Of a DNA stretch of 64,000 bases, positions 36,658 to 48,816 are shown piece after piece. The first letter of the stretch is position 1; every line of letters begins with the position of its first letter. Both the position numbers and the translations under genes were made by a program. The stretch comes from Centroscyllium fabricii (Eukaryota). The DNA is taken from the NCBI GenBank assembly GCA_051313645.2, contig JBNRSN020000004.1, positions 14,136,001-14,200,000 of the forward strand, given 5' to 3'. The notes under the pieces were generated by a model that searched no databases, was not told the origin of the DNA, and worked only from the letters and a program-made list of their open reading frames with translations.

Positions 36658-36864
36658 AAGGGAAGCTGGAGGGATCGGGCGGCACGACTTGTAGGCCGGC
36701 TGGCCTGTTCAAGTGCCGTAAATGTCTATTGTCTATTGTCTATTGTCTATATACAATAATAGCACAGTGTGAACCACACCAAATGGTTCATCACATTCAC
36801 CCCTTCCTTAAAAACAAGTCCCGCGTGGCGAATATCAGCACTGTGTTATCAGTCTTTGAGGAGG

Positions 36865-39740
36865 TCAAACAGTCCGATTAGACCTGCGAGGCAGTGGCGG
36901 TTCTCGCGAATAGGCGGGAGTAGTCACAATCGGAAAAGGCGCTGACGGGGCTCCCAACGTGAACAGGGACTCCACCGGTGGAAGAGTTACCTCAGGCGCA
37001 GGAAGATCTGGTGGAGGTGTAGCAGCCGCCGGAAGAGTAGGCTGAGCAACGTGATGAGCTCCGTCGTGCATTGTGGGTGATGAGGGCCCCGATGTAGTGT
37101 GCGCAGGTGAATGAAAAGACGGCCCCTGTTGTGAAAATGTGACCTGGGAGGGCAAGGGCTCCGCCAACGACTCTAAGTGAACGTCTCCAGCGGGCGCAAG
37201 ATCTCTAATCGAGACGGTATCCTCACTGGGTACTCCACGTAAGCATACTGAGGGTTGGCATGCAGCAGGCGCACACGTTCAACAAGAGGGTCCGTCTTGT
37301 GTCCACGGACGTGCCTCCTAAGCAGAACCGGCCCCGGGTTGGTAAGCCACGTCGGCAGAGACGTCCCCGAAGTCGATTTCCTGGGGAAAGAGAAGAGTTT
37401 CTCGTGAGGCGTGCAACCGGTGGCTGTACACAAGAGGGAACGGGTAGCGTGGAGCGCATCCTGGAGGACCTCCTGCCAGTGGGAGGTTGGAAGGCCTTTG
37501 GATCGAAGGGCCAGGGTAATAGCCTTCCAGATGGTCCCATTATAACGCTCTGCCTGGCCGTTCCCCCGGGGGTTGTAACTGGTCGTTCTGCTCGAGGCAA
37601 CCCCCCTCGCGAGCAGAAAATGACGCAGTTCGTCACTCATAAATGAGGACCCCCGGTCGCTGTGTATGAAGCCGGGAAGGCCGAAAATGGCGAAGAGAGT
37701 GATAAAATGCTTTATCACTGTTGCACTCGTCATATCTGGGCATGGGAATGCAAAAGGGAAACGGGAGAACTCGTCGACAGTGAGAATGTACGAGTTACGG
37801 TTGGTAGAGGGGAGGGGACCTTTGAAGTCCACGCTCAGGCGCTCGAATGGGTGGGTGGCCTTGATGAGGTGCGCCCTGTCAGGCCTGTAGAACTGGGGCT
37901 TGCACTCAGCACAGACAGGGCACTCCTGCGTCATCGCCTTGATCTCCGCAATGGAATAAGGGAGATTGCGTGATTTGACGAAGTGAGCGAGCCTGGTAAC
38001 CCCCGGGTGGCAGAGATTAGCGTGGAGGGTGTTCAGACTACCCGACTGGGTGCTGGCACACGATCCTCAGGACAGGGCATCCGGGGGATCGTTAAGCTTC
38101 CCTGGCCGGTACAGAATGTCGTACTCAAAAGCGGAGAGTTCGATCCGCCACCTGAGGATCTTGTCATTCTTGATCTTACCCCTCTGTTTATGGTGGAACA
38201 TAAACGCTACTGACCGCTGGTCAGTAAGAAGGGTAAAACGTTTACCGGCCAAATAGTGGCGCCAGTGGCGCACTGCTTCCACGATTGCTTGGGCCTCATT
38301 TTCCACTGAAGCCTGGCGGACTTCAGGGCCCTGTAGGGTACGGGAGAAAAAAGCAACGGGCCTGCCTGCCTGGTTAAGGGTGGCGGCCAGGGCGAAGTCT
38401 GAGGCGTCGCTTTCGACCTGGAAGGGAAGAGACTCATCAATGGCGTGCATGGTTGCCTTGATGATGTCTTGCTTGATATGCGAAAATGCAATTTGGGCCT
38501 CTAACGGGAGCGGGAAGGAGGTAGCTCTGAGGAGAGGCCGGGCCTTATCAGCATAATGGGGAACCCATTGTGCATAATACGAGAAAAACCCCAGGCATCT
38601 CCTCAAAGATTTGGGGGAGTGCGGCAGGGGCAGCTCCTGAAGGGGGCGCATACGTTCGGGGTCGGGGCCGAGGAACCCTTCTCAATTACGTAGCCGAGGA
38701 TAGCCAACCGGTTAGTGTTGAAAATGCACTTATCCTCATTGTAAGTGAGGTTCAGACACTGGGCCGTACGGAGAAACCTGTGTAAATTGGCATCATGATC
38801 TTGCTGGTCATGGCCGCAGATCGTGACATTGTCCAAATACGGGAACATGGCCTGCAAATGGTACTGGTCAACCATTCGGTCCATCTCCCGTTGGAAGACC
38901 GAAACTCCGTTGGTAACCCCAAAGGGGACCCGGAGGAAGTGAAAAAGGCGCCTATTTGCCTCGAAGGCAGTGTATTTACGGTCCTCAGCTCTGATGGGGA
39001 GCTGGTGATAGGCCGACTTAAGGTCGATGGTGGAGAAGACCTTATACTGGGCAATCTGATTGACCAGGTCATTGATCCTAGGGAGCGGATAGGCATCGAG
39101 CCCAGTGTAGCGGTTAATGGTCTGACTATAGTCAATGACCATGCGCTGTTTGTCGCCCGACTTAACCACTACCACCTGGGCCCGCCACGGGCTGTTACTG
39201 GCCTCGATGATGCCCTCCCGCAACAACCGAGCAACCTCTGCCTTAATAAAGGTGCGGTCCCCCGCGCTGTATCGCCGACTCTTAGTTGCAATGGGCTTGC
39301 AGTCCGGGTCAAGGTTGGCGAACAGCGAGGGGGGGATCTATCTTCAAGGTAGACAGACCGCAAGAGGAGTGTGGTTGTGAGGCCGGGCAGTCACGGCTGC
39401 TGACCGTGAGAGGAGGCAGGGGACCGCCGTACGCCATCGTCAAACTCTGCAGGTGGCACTGGAAATCCAGGCCAAGCAACACAGGAGCGCAGAGCTGTGG
39501 GAGGACGTACAGTGGAAAGTTGCGGTATGTCGTCCCCTTCACAGTAATGGTGACTGTACAGCAGCCGATGACGTCCACAGTCTGGGACTCGGAGGCGAGG
39601 GAGATTTTACGATGTGCGGGCCTAACCCTGAGGGAATAACGGCGCACTGTATCAGGGTGTATGAAGCTCTCCATACTCCCAGTGTCGAACAGACAGCGGG
39701 TGAGGTGCCCCTCCACCCGGATGGGCATCATTGATAAAAT
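36865..39740 (-). pseudogene. pol: PR-RT-RNase H-integrase of Gypsy element 2, frameshifted
   Basis: LFDTGS; IDLKSAYHQ, YLDN; ESDASD; CPVC, DFKGP, HSDRG, NGQAER. Confidence 0.92.
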
Positions 39741-41357
39741 AAGAGACAGGTTCGGAGCCGTAGAGGCAAGTGTAGTGTGCGCGCTGGGGCCCTTGTGCAA
39801 TGCAGGGTCCGCGGGTGATGGTGGCACCCGTGATTCGCACGCGGCGGGCCGCGGTGGTGTTTCGGACCGTTGGGTGAGTCGCCGAGAAAGCCGTTGGGAG
39901 GACCGAAGGGCTCGTGGCGCACAGGCGCCCGAATGCTGAACTGGTCTGGAGTGGTCTGTTGCTGCTGCCAGGATCGTAGTGGTTGCTTTTAAGTTGCCTG
40001 TTACTGCAGCAGCCTGTACTTTTAAATTTTTCCTACACAAAGATGGCGGCATCACGTGACGGGGCGGGCCCACTACTGTCGGAATGTGGGCTGTCCTATA
40101 GCAAGATGGCAGGGTCATGTGATGGGGCGGGGCCGCTGCTGCCGTGACGCAGGAAGATGGCGTCGTCACGTGATGGGGCGGGGCCTCTGCTGCCGGGATG
40201 CAGGCTGTCCTGTACCAAGATGGCGGCGTCACATGATGGGGCGGGGCCGCTACTGCCGTGACGCGGAAAGATGGCGGCGTCACGTGATGGGGCGGGGCCT
40301 CTGCTGCCCGGAGGCCCGACGGCACCTGCGTTTCGCGCCATTCCAGGGAGGAAGAATGCCGCACCCCCAAAGATGGCGGAGCGCGGGATCCAACGGAGGA
40401 GAAAGAAGGCCGCACCCCCAAAGATGGCGGAGCGCGGGAAACGACGCTGGCAGGCCGCACCCGAGGCAAGGTAGGTAGTAACCATTCGGGGGGGTGCTGG
40501 TACCTGAGGCCACTCTGTGGCGTGGACATCGCAGGCTGCTGCCGTTTTTCTTGCAGATTCCGGGGCTGATCGGCAGACCTTCGCAAAGTGGCCCTTCTTG
40601 CCACATTTGGAGCTGGATGACGACTTTGCTGGGCAGGAGCTTCGTGGATGGCGTTTCTGGCCACAAAAATAGCATTTCAGAGGCGCTGGCTGTCCAGATG
40701 GCGCCACAGTCGCCGTCGAGGGTGTCGAACGCGAGTCCCAAGGCCCTGGGGAAACCGTGTGGGAGCCATGCCCCGTGTACGAATCCAGGCTTCGGAGGGC
40801 CCCATCCACCGCATTGGAAAGCTTCACCGCCTGATTCAAGGACAAATTATCCTGCTCGAGCAGGCGGGTGCGAGCTGGGGCCGATCTGATTCCTGCCACG
40901 TAGGCATCGCGGACGAGGAGGTCCATGTGCTCCTGGGCGTTAACGGGCACATTCGCAGCGCAGAGCGAGAGCTTGAAGAGCCTCCAGGTACTCCTCATTC
41001 GACTCACCATGCTGTTGCCTCCGCGTGGCGAGTAGATGGCGAGCGTAGACGGCGTTGACTGGCTGGAGGTATCGAGCCCTCAGCAGCTCCCAACGCTGCA
41101 TCGTAGTCCGTGGCATTCTTAATGATAGAATATACCCTGCCACTCACGCAGGAGCCCAGGACTCGACTCCTGTGCGCATCGCTGACTCCGGCCACTACCA
41201 GGAACGATTCGAAACAGCTCAGCCAGTGCTCAAAATCGTTCAATGCGTTCGGTGCCTGGGGGTTGAGATCGAGAGTTTTTGGTTTAAGGATAGTTTTCCA
41301 GTTTTCTGATGCTGCTGGCTGGTGGCTCTGTTGTTGGTCATCATCCTGCTGACTCAT
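39741..41357 (-). pseudogene. gag: Gag and repeat-rich linker of Gypsy element 2, frameshifted
   Basis: LKPKTLDLNP..FEHW, YARHLLATR, LLVRDAYV, CYFC..H...C, KKGHFAKVC are homologous to element 1 Gag. Confidence 0.88.
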
Positions 41358-41732
41358 TGTAAAAAAAAATTTTGTAAATAAAATTGTGGAGCCTCAAATC
41401 AGAGCCGACAGCTTGTTCTAACTAAAGGCTTTTATTTACAAAGAACTGAACCTAGTCTGCGATGAGTCCGCCCGGAATGAGAGTCAGGTGGGCGGAGCAT
41501 TCTCCTTTATACTCATACCCAGAGGCGGGGTCAGCCGGTCCAGGTCCTTACAGAAAGGTACAGATTTATTAACACAAACTATATACAATAATCCAGAAAG
41601 GTACAGATATATTAACACAAACTATATACAATAATAGCACAGTGTGAACCACACCAAATGGTTCATCACAGTAACAAATCATTTTGTTTTGGTGATCATC
41701 ACACTGTTGGGGAGGGTTAACTGTGGCTGCTT

Positions 41733-42632
41733 TGGGCTGGGTGGGGGTGTGTGCTGTGAGGAGGATGCCGGGAAACTTCAGTATGATTTGGGTGATTGGG
41801 CAGAAGCATGGCAGATGCAGTATAATGTGGATAAATGCGAGGTTATCCACTTGGTGTCAAAAACAGGAAGGCAGATTATTATCTGAATGGCAATAGATTG
41901 GGAGAAGGGGAAGTGCAACGAGACCTGGGTGTCCTTGTGCACCAGTCGCTGAAGGTAAGCATGCAGGTGCAGCAGGCGGTTAAGAAGGCAAATGGTATGT
42001 TGGCATTCGTAGCAAAAGGGTTCGAGTGCAGGAACAAGGATGTCTTGCTGCAGTTATACAGGGCCTTGGTGAGACCACACCTTGAGTATTGTGTGTAGTT
42101 TTGGTCACCTTATCTAAGGAAGGATGTTCTTGCCATTGAGGGAGTGCAGCGAAGATTCACCAGGCTGATACCTGGGATGGCAGGAATGACGTATGAGGAG
42201 AGGTTGGATCGATTGGGCTTATACTCGCTGGAGTTTTGAAGAATGAGAGGGGATCTCATTGAAACTTACAAAATTCTAAAAGGACTAAACAGACCAGATG
42301 CAGGAAGAATATTCCTGATGGCGGGGGAGTCCAGAACCAGGGGTCACAGTCTAAGAATAAGGGGTAAACCATTTACGACAGAGATGAGGAATTTTTCCAC
42401 CCAGAGAGTGGTGAACCTGTGGAATTCTCTACCACAGAAGGCCGTAGAGGCCAATTCATTAAATATATTCAAGAAGGAGTTAGATATATTTAAGGCTAAA
42501 GGTATCAAGGGATACGGGGAGAAGGCAGGTACGGGGTACTGAGTTTGGATGATCAGCCATGATCTCATTGAATGGCGGAGCAGGCTCGAGGGGCCGAATG
42601 GCCTACTCCTCCTATCTTCTATGTTTCTATGT
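41733..42632 (+). mobile_element. CR1 3' fragment
   Basis: ORFs 41835-42542; 3'UTR and tail. Confidence 0.9.
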
Positions 42633-42769
42633 AACATTTCTGTTGAGGATGTTTTGTAGCCAGATCTCTCTCACTGTGCGTGTGGTGCAGAGGGACAGTA
42701 GCTAGTTTAATACTCTCCCGCACATCCCATTCCCTGGCCACAGTGGCAGGCAGGCTAATACCACCAGAA

Positions 42770-42915
42770 ATTGTCCCACAGAAGCAATGCAGCTCTCCCT
42801 CTACTGCACTGGGAGTGTCGGCCCAGGTTATGCGCTCAGGCTCCTGGCGTGGGACTCGAACCCACAGCCTCCCGACTTGAGAGACGCGAGTGCTATACAC
42901 TGAGCCACAGCTGAC
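42770..42915 (-). mobile_element. tRNA-derived SINE head (Deu-SINE-like); similar head at 45910-45970 (+)
   Basis: Minus strand GTCAGCTGTGGCTCAGTG...GGGTTCGAGTCCCAC, A and B boxes. Confidence 0.6.
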
Positions 42916-43368
42916 CCCGAATAAATGTGACTTGCTGTGGCGAAGTGCCAATCTATTCAACATCTTTTGAGATACTTGCACTTGAGAGCACCCGATGCTC
43001 TTCGCTAAAAGTAGAAAGTGGCCGTCTGTAAGCTGTTCTACAACTGTAAATGGGAAAGTCTTAATTGGGAGCATTTATCGTGTCATCACATCGGATATCC
43101 TGACTTTACCTTATAACCGAGCAGCTGGTCTCATTTAGTCATTTAGCACTTTACGTGGGAAAGAGTTCATCACATTAAAGGCAGAGGCATATTCTGCTGA
43201 ACTGACGCGCAGTCCTCCTGCGTTGGAGAGAGATATACCGGTGGTACATTTACCATCGTGCCCCACCTGCTTTCTTCATTTGCGTTTTTTTGCTTACAGA
43301 CTTCCAGTTGGAGGTCGGCAGGAAGCAGATGTTTTATGCAGAGTCTTATGCACATAGGGTCAGACTGC

Positions 43369-43846
43369 TACAACAACTACAACTATAGCACCTTTGAAGT
43401 AGTAAAACACCCCAAGGTGCTTCACAGGAGTGTTATCAAACAAAATGTGACACAGAGCCACATATGGAGATAATAGCACAGGCGACCAAAAGCTTGATCG
43501 AAGAAGTAGGATTTAAGGAGCGTCTTGAAAGAAGGGAGAGAATTGGAGAGGTGGAGAGGTTTAGGTTAGAGGGAATTCCAGAGCTTCGGGCCGAGGCAGT
43601 TGAAGGCACGGCCGCCAATGGCGGAGCGATTCAAATCGGAGATGTTCAGGAGGCCAGAATTGGAGGAGCGCAGATATCTCAGAGGGTTGCTTGGCTGGAG
43701 GAGGTCACAGAGACAGGGAGGGTCAAGGCCACGGAAGGATTTCAAAACCAGGATGAGAATTGTAAAACTAAGGCGTTGCCGGACCAGGAGCCAGTGTAGG
43801 TCAGCGAGCGCAGGGGTGATGGGTGAACGAGATTTAGTGCGAGTTA
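43369..43846 (-). mobile_element. L2 LINE 3' fragment
   Basis: Minus strand reads ITPALADLHWL..RQRLSFTIL...LWNSL...FKTLLKSY, an L2-type C-terminus; (GTT)n-like tail. Confidence 0.7.
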
Positions 43847-43888
43847 GCTACCGCTTTAGAATGTGACTGACTGGGTGATTTAGAATAA

Positions 43889-44695
43889 GGGGCGGCCCGG
43901 TGGCATAGTGGTTAGCACTGTTGCCTTACAGCACCAGAGACCCGGGTTCAAATCCAGCCTCCGGTACTATCTGTGTGGAGTTTGCACATTCTCCCCGTGT
44001 CTGCGTGGGTTTCCTCCAGGTGCTCCGGTTTCCTCCCACAGTCCAAAGATGTGCGGGTTAGGTTGATTGGCCAGGATAAATTGACCCTTAGTGTTAGGGG
44101 GATTGAACGTGTGGGGTTACGGGGATAGGGTGGGATGTGTGTCGGTGCAGGCTCGATAGGGATCGAGGGGTATGGGGACAAGGCAGGTACGGGGTATTGG
44201 GTTTGGATGATCAGCCATGATCTCATTGAATGGCAGAGCAGGCTCATAGAAACATAGAAACTAGGAGCAGGAGTAGGCCATTCGGCCCTTCGAGCCTGCT
44301 CTGCCATTCAATGAGATCATGGCTGATCATCCAAACCCAGCACACTGTCCCTGCCTTCCCCCCATATCCCTCGATCCCTATCGAACCTGCACCGACACAT
44401 ATCCCACCCTGTCCCCGTAACCCCACATATTTAATCCCCCTCACACTAAGGGTCAATTTATCATGGCCAATCAACCTAACCCGCACATCTTTGGACTGTG
44501 GGAGGAAACCGGAGCACCCGGAGGAAACCCACGCAGACACGGGGAGAATGTGCAAACTCCTCACAGATAGTACCGGAGGCTGGATTTGAACCCGGGTCTC
44601 CAGTGCTGAGACACAACAGTGCTAACCACTATGCCACCGTGCCGCCCTCGAAGGGCCGAATGGCCTACTCCTGCTCCTATCTTCTATGTTATGTA
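43889..44695. mobile_element. HE1-like SINE (+) with a second copy (44245-44647, minus) inserted into its 3' end
   Basis: Plus copy breaks at gcaggctc and resumes tcgaagggccgaatgg at 44648. Confidence 0.92.
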
Positions 44696-45502
44696 ATATA
44701 CAACAGGAAGTGTCCAAGTGAATCTTTTTACAGATCAAGATGGTTCAGTGTAGTCAAAGAAAGAATTTGTTGTTGTTTTGTTTCTCCCCACCTGTCATAG
44801 AAAGATATTAGGTTTTTGTGACATTAATGGAACTGCTGTCCAGTTAGGCTTCCATCCATTTTTTTAAACTGGGCCTGACCCAGACATAAGATGGATTCCA
44901 CTCTGTTGGATCCAGGAATGGCTACTTGGCGATATTTTCATTGCATTGTACCACACAAAGAGAGGCCACTCGGCCCATTGTGCCTGCGCCGGTTCTTTGA
45001 AAGAACTATTCAATTAGTCCCACTCCCCAGCTCTTTCCCCATAGCCCCTGCAAATTTTCCCAATTCCCTTTTGAAAGTTATTATTGAATCTGCTTCCACC
45101 AACCTTGCCGGCAGCGCGTTCCAGATCATAACTCGCGGTGTAAAAAGATCTCTCATCTCCCCTCTGGTTCTTTTACCAATGACCTTAAATCTGCGTCCTC
45201 TCGTTACCCTCTGCCAGCGGAAAGAGCTTCTCCCGATCAACTGTCAAACCCCCTCATAATTTTGAAAATTTCCATTACCTTCTCTGCTCTAGCCTATGTC
45301 TGACTAGCATAGCCACATTCTTTGCTGAAGAATTAGTTCCGATGAAAGATTGTTTAAGATATTAATTTACATATTTAGTAACTAACTGCTTCCCAGATAG
45401 AAATGTGGTTTGCCACTTTAGTGGTGTGCGAATCTGGTCCCTCAAATTGTAGCCCATTCTTTTGATTTCCTTGGATCGATGCAACCACACATCAACCTTG
45501 TT

Positions 45503-45606
45503 GCTCCGAAAGCTTGTGATTTCAAATAAAGCTGTTGGACTATAACCTGGTGTTGTGGGACTTCTTACATTTGTCCACCCCAATCCAACACCGGCACCTC
45601 CACATC
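45503..45606 (+). mobile_element. Short 5'-truncated Penelope pseudo-LTR insertion
   Basis: Starts within hammerhead stem II; 16-bp TSD ACACATCAACCTTGTT. Confidence 0.8.
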
Positions 45607-46286
45607 ACACATCAACCTTGTTCAATGTTTGTGATTTGTAAATTCATCAAAGTTCACTGCTACGGGCAGTCTTCAAAGATATTGCTTTTATATCCAAGGA
45701 AATCTAATATAGAAATGTCCCATGTCTGGCTACTAGATTTTAGTTTAGGTGCGAGCGTGAAGAAATTTGTTGAATTGAATATACCTTTCTCGTCTTGTAT
45801 TTTACTTGCCATTCTTTGCTGCTCTACGTGACTAATTTCTAAATAAATTGGATTAGTAATTTTAGCCTGTACCACTTGAGTCCCGAGCGTGTGAGGTTTT
45901 GTCTTGCGTGTCAGCCTTGGCTCAGTGGTAGCACTCGTCACTGAGTCAGAAGGTTGTGGGCTTAAGCAGAACCGTAGCACACGATCTTGGCCGGCAGTAA
46001 GCCAAGTGTGGGGGGAGGGAGTCGCGATCACGGAGAAAGGGGTCCCAGGGTGGTAACGACCCCGATTTATTGTTGTGGGCCCTGGAGCAGCACACCTGCT
46101 CCTAGAAAAATAATATCACACTTCCCATGTCTGGGCCTTTTCTTCTCTCGCTTGTGGAATTAATACAAAATGCACCTCGATTAGAAACTCTGTGCTGTAC
46201 AGCAACACTCCACTGCTCCTGTGCAACCACAGCCCTAACAATCCCAAGGCAATGATATTTGCCGTTTCTCCCCATTGCTCAGCGAT

Positions 46287-46907
46287 CATAGAAACCATAG
46301 AAACATAGAAGATAGGAGCAGGAGTCGGCCATTTGGCCCTTCGAGCCTGCTCCGCCATTCAATGTGATCATGGCTGATCATCCAAACCCAGCACCCCGTC
46401 CCTGCCCTCTCCCCATATCCCTGTCGAGCCTGCACCAACCCATATCCCACCCTGTCCCCGTAACCCCACATATTCAATCCCCCTAACACTAAGGGTCAAT
46501 TTATCCTGGCCAATCAACCAAACCCGCACATACATAGAAACATAGAAGATAGGAGCAGGAGTAGGCCATTCGGCCCTTCGAGCCTGCTCCGCCATTCAAT
46601 GAGATCATGGCTGATCATCCAAACCCAGCACCCCGTCCCTGCCTTGTCCCCATATCCCTCGATCCCTATCGAGCCTGCACCGATACATATCCCACCCTAT
46701 CCCCACATATTCAATCCCCCTAATATTAAGGGTCAATTTATCCTGGCCAATCAACCTAACCCGCACATCTTTGGACTGTGGGAGGAAACCGGAGCACCCG
46801 GAGGAAACCCACGCAGACACGGGGAGAATGTGCAAACTCTACACAGATAGTACCCGAGGCTGGATTTGAACCCGGGTCTCCAGAGCTGTGAGGCAACAGT
46901 GCCGCCC
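46287..46907 (-). mobile_element. Tandem pair of HE1-like SINEs (one truncated)
   Basis: Two catagaaacatagaagataggagcagg tails at 46287 and 46532. Confidence 0.9.
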
Positions 46908-47378
46908 ATGTTTAACAATCCCAAACTCACCTTCGGAGGAGCAAACCACATTGCTCACTTCAATATCATGCCAGCCTCTGAGGTACGGACAAGACGGTAG
47001 GAAAGGGAGAGTTTTACAAAGCTCTTTGTGCGTGTGTTTTATTCCTCCGCCTCCCCCCCCCCCCCCCCCCCCCCCCCACCCCCCCCGCTCCACCCAAAGA
47101 GAGCGGAGTGGAAACCAGGTGATGTCACTGTCATTGTGATGTAATTTAACATTTCCACCAGTGTTTCTGCCCCCTGAATATTTCACCGTGTACTGTGTGC
47201 TTGAGAAAGTGACTGAGGATGGGATCATGGGAAATTGTTTACCTCGGATTTTTTGCTACGTGTGTCAACGTAGAATCTTTAACAGAATATATCGTTTCTC
47301 AGAGGTGAGTTTCCTGTGCTTGGCTGTGCGATGTGACCCTGTGGGGAGAAAGTGTGCCAACTACGTTGGGCAGACAGA

Positions 47379-48790
47379 TCATAGAATTCTACCGCACAGA
47401 AGGAGGCCATTCGGCCCATGGTGCCTGTGCCGGCTCCTTCAAAGGGCTACCCAATTAGAACGGCTCCCTCCCTGCTCTTTCCCCACAGCCCTGAAATTTT
47501 TCTTTTTCAAGTATATATCCAATTACCTTTTGAAAGTCACTATTGAATCTGCTTCTACCGCCCTCTCAGACAGAGCATTGCAGATCACAACAACTCGCTG
47601 CGTTAAAAAGAAATTCTCTCCATCTCCCCCTCTGGTTGTTTGCCAATTATTTTAAATCTGTGACCTCTGGTTACTGACCCTCCCACCAGTGGAAACAGTT
47701 TCTCCTTACTTACGCTATCGAAACCCTTCATAATTTTCAACACCTCATAGAGTCATAGTGATAGAGTTATACAGCACAGAAAGAGGCCCTTCGGCCCATC
47801 GTGTCAATGCCGGCCATCAAGCCCCGTCTATTCTAATCCCATTTTCCAGCATTTGGTCCGTAGCCTTGTATGTTATGGAATTTCAAGTGCTCATCCAAAT
47901 GCTTCTTGAATGTTGTGAGGGTTCCTGCCTCGACCACCCTTTCAGGCAGTGAGTTCCAGATTCCAACCACCCTCTGGGTGAAAAGGTTCTTCCTCAAATC
48001 CCCTCTAAACCTCCCGCCCCTTACCCTGAAACTATGCCCCCTGGTTATTGACCCCTCTACTAAAGGGAAAAGTTCCTTTCTATCCACCCTATCTATGCCC
48101 CTCATAATTTTGTACACCTCAATCAGGTCCCCCCTCAGCCTTCTCTGCTCCAAGGAAAACAACCCCAGCCTGTCCAGTCTTTCTTCATAGCTGAAGCGCT
48201 CCAGCCCAGGTAACATCCTGGTGAATCTGCTCTGCACCCTCTCCATTAAGTTTCCCCATAATCTTCTTGCTCTAAGGAGAACAATTCCAGCTTTGCTAGT
48301 GTCTCTACATAACTGAAGTCCCCCATCGCTGGTACCATTCTAGTAAATATCCTCTCCACCTTCTCCAAGGCCTACGCATAAGAACATGAGGAGGCCATTC
48401 AGCCCCTCGAGCCTGTTCTGCCATTTAATTAGGTCATGGCTGATCTACCGTAACTCTCAATACCCTTGTCTAACAAACATCTCTCCAGCTCAGTTTTGAA
48501 ATTTTCAATTGACCCCCAGCCTCAACAGCTTTTTTGAGGGAGAGTGTTCCAGATTTCCTCACCCTTTGTGTAAAGAAGTGCTTCCTGACATCAGATCCCT
48601 GAATGGCCTAGTTCTAATTTTAAGCTTATGTCCCCTTGTTCTGGACTCCGCCCCCCCCCCCCCCCCCGAGGAAATAGTTTCTATCTACCTAATCAACTCC
48701 TTTAATCACCTTAAACACCTCTTAGATCACCTCTTAACCTTCCATACTCGAGGGAAAGCAAGTCTAGTCTAGGCGACCTGTTCTCGTAAA
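47379..48790 (-). mobile_element. Cluster of nested CR1 3' fragments (younger copy at 47746-48245)
   Basis: ORF 47833-48246 closely resembles 2313-2768. Confidence 0.82.
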
Positions 48791-48816
48791 TTAACACTTA
48801 CCGGTCCTTCTCGTAA

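Larger units (their letters stand above)
33163..36750 (+). mobile_element. Young CR1 LINE, 5'-truncated within ORF1, ORF2 intact
   Basis: ORF1 remnant plus ORF2, short 3'UTR hairpin aggcc/ggcct, tail (TGTCTAT)4, CTATA duplication or microhomology at the target. Confidence 0.95.
32922..41670 (-). mobile_element. Ty3/Gypsy LTR retrotransposon 2; 3' LTR split by a CR1
   Basis: LTRs 41385-41670 and 32922-33162 plus 36751-36795; PPT AAGGAAGGGGTGAA; gag, PR (LFDTGS), RT, RH and IN fragments; no matching TSD. Confidence 0.93.

Noticed and set aside
36865-37167. Possible extra ORF or env after integrase
   Set aside because: Pro-rich frameshifted integrase tail, as in element 1; no signal peptide or transmembrane segment
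43300-43360. Strong acceptor tgcgtttttttgcttacag
   Set aside because: No convincing donor or recognisable peptide
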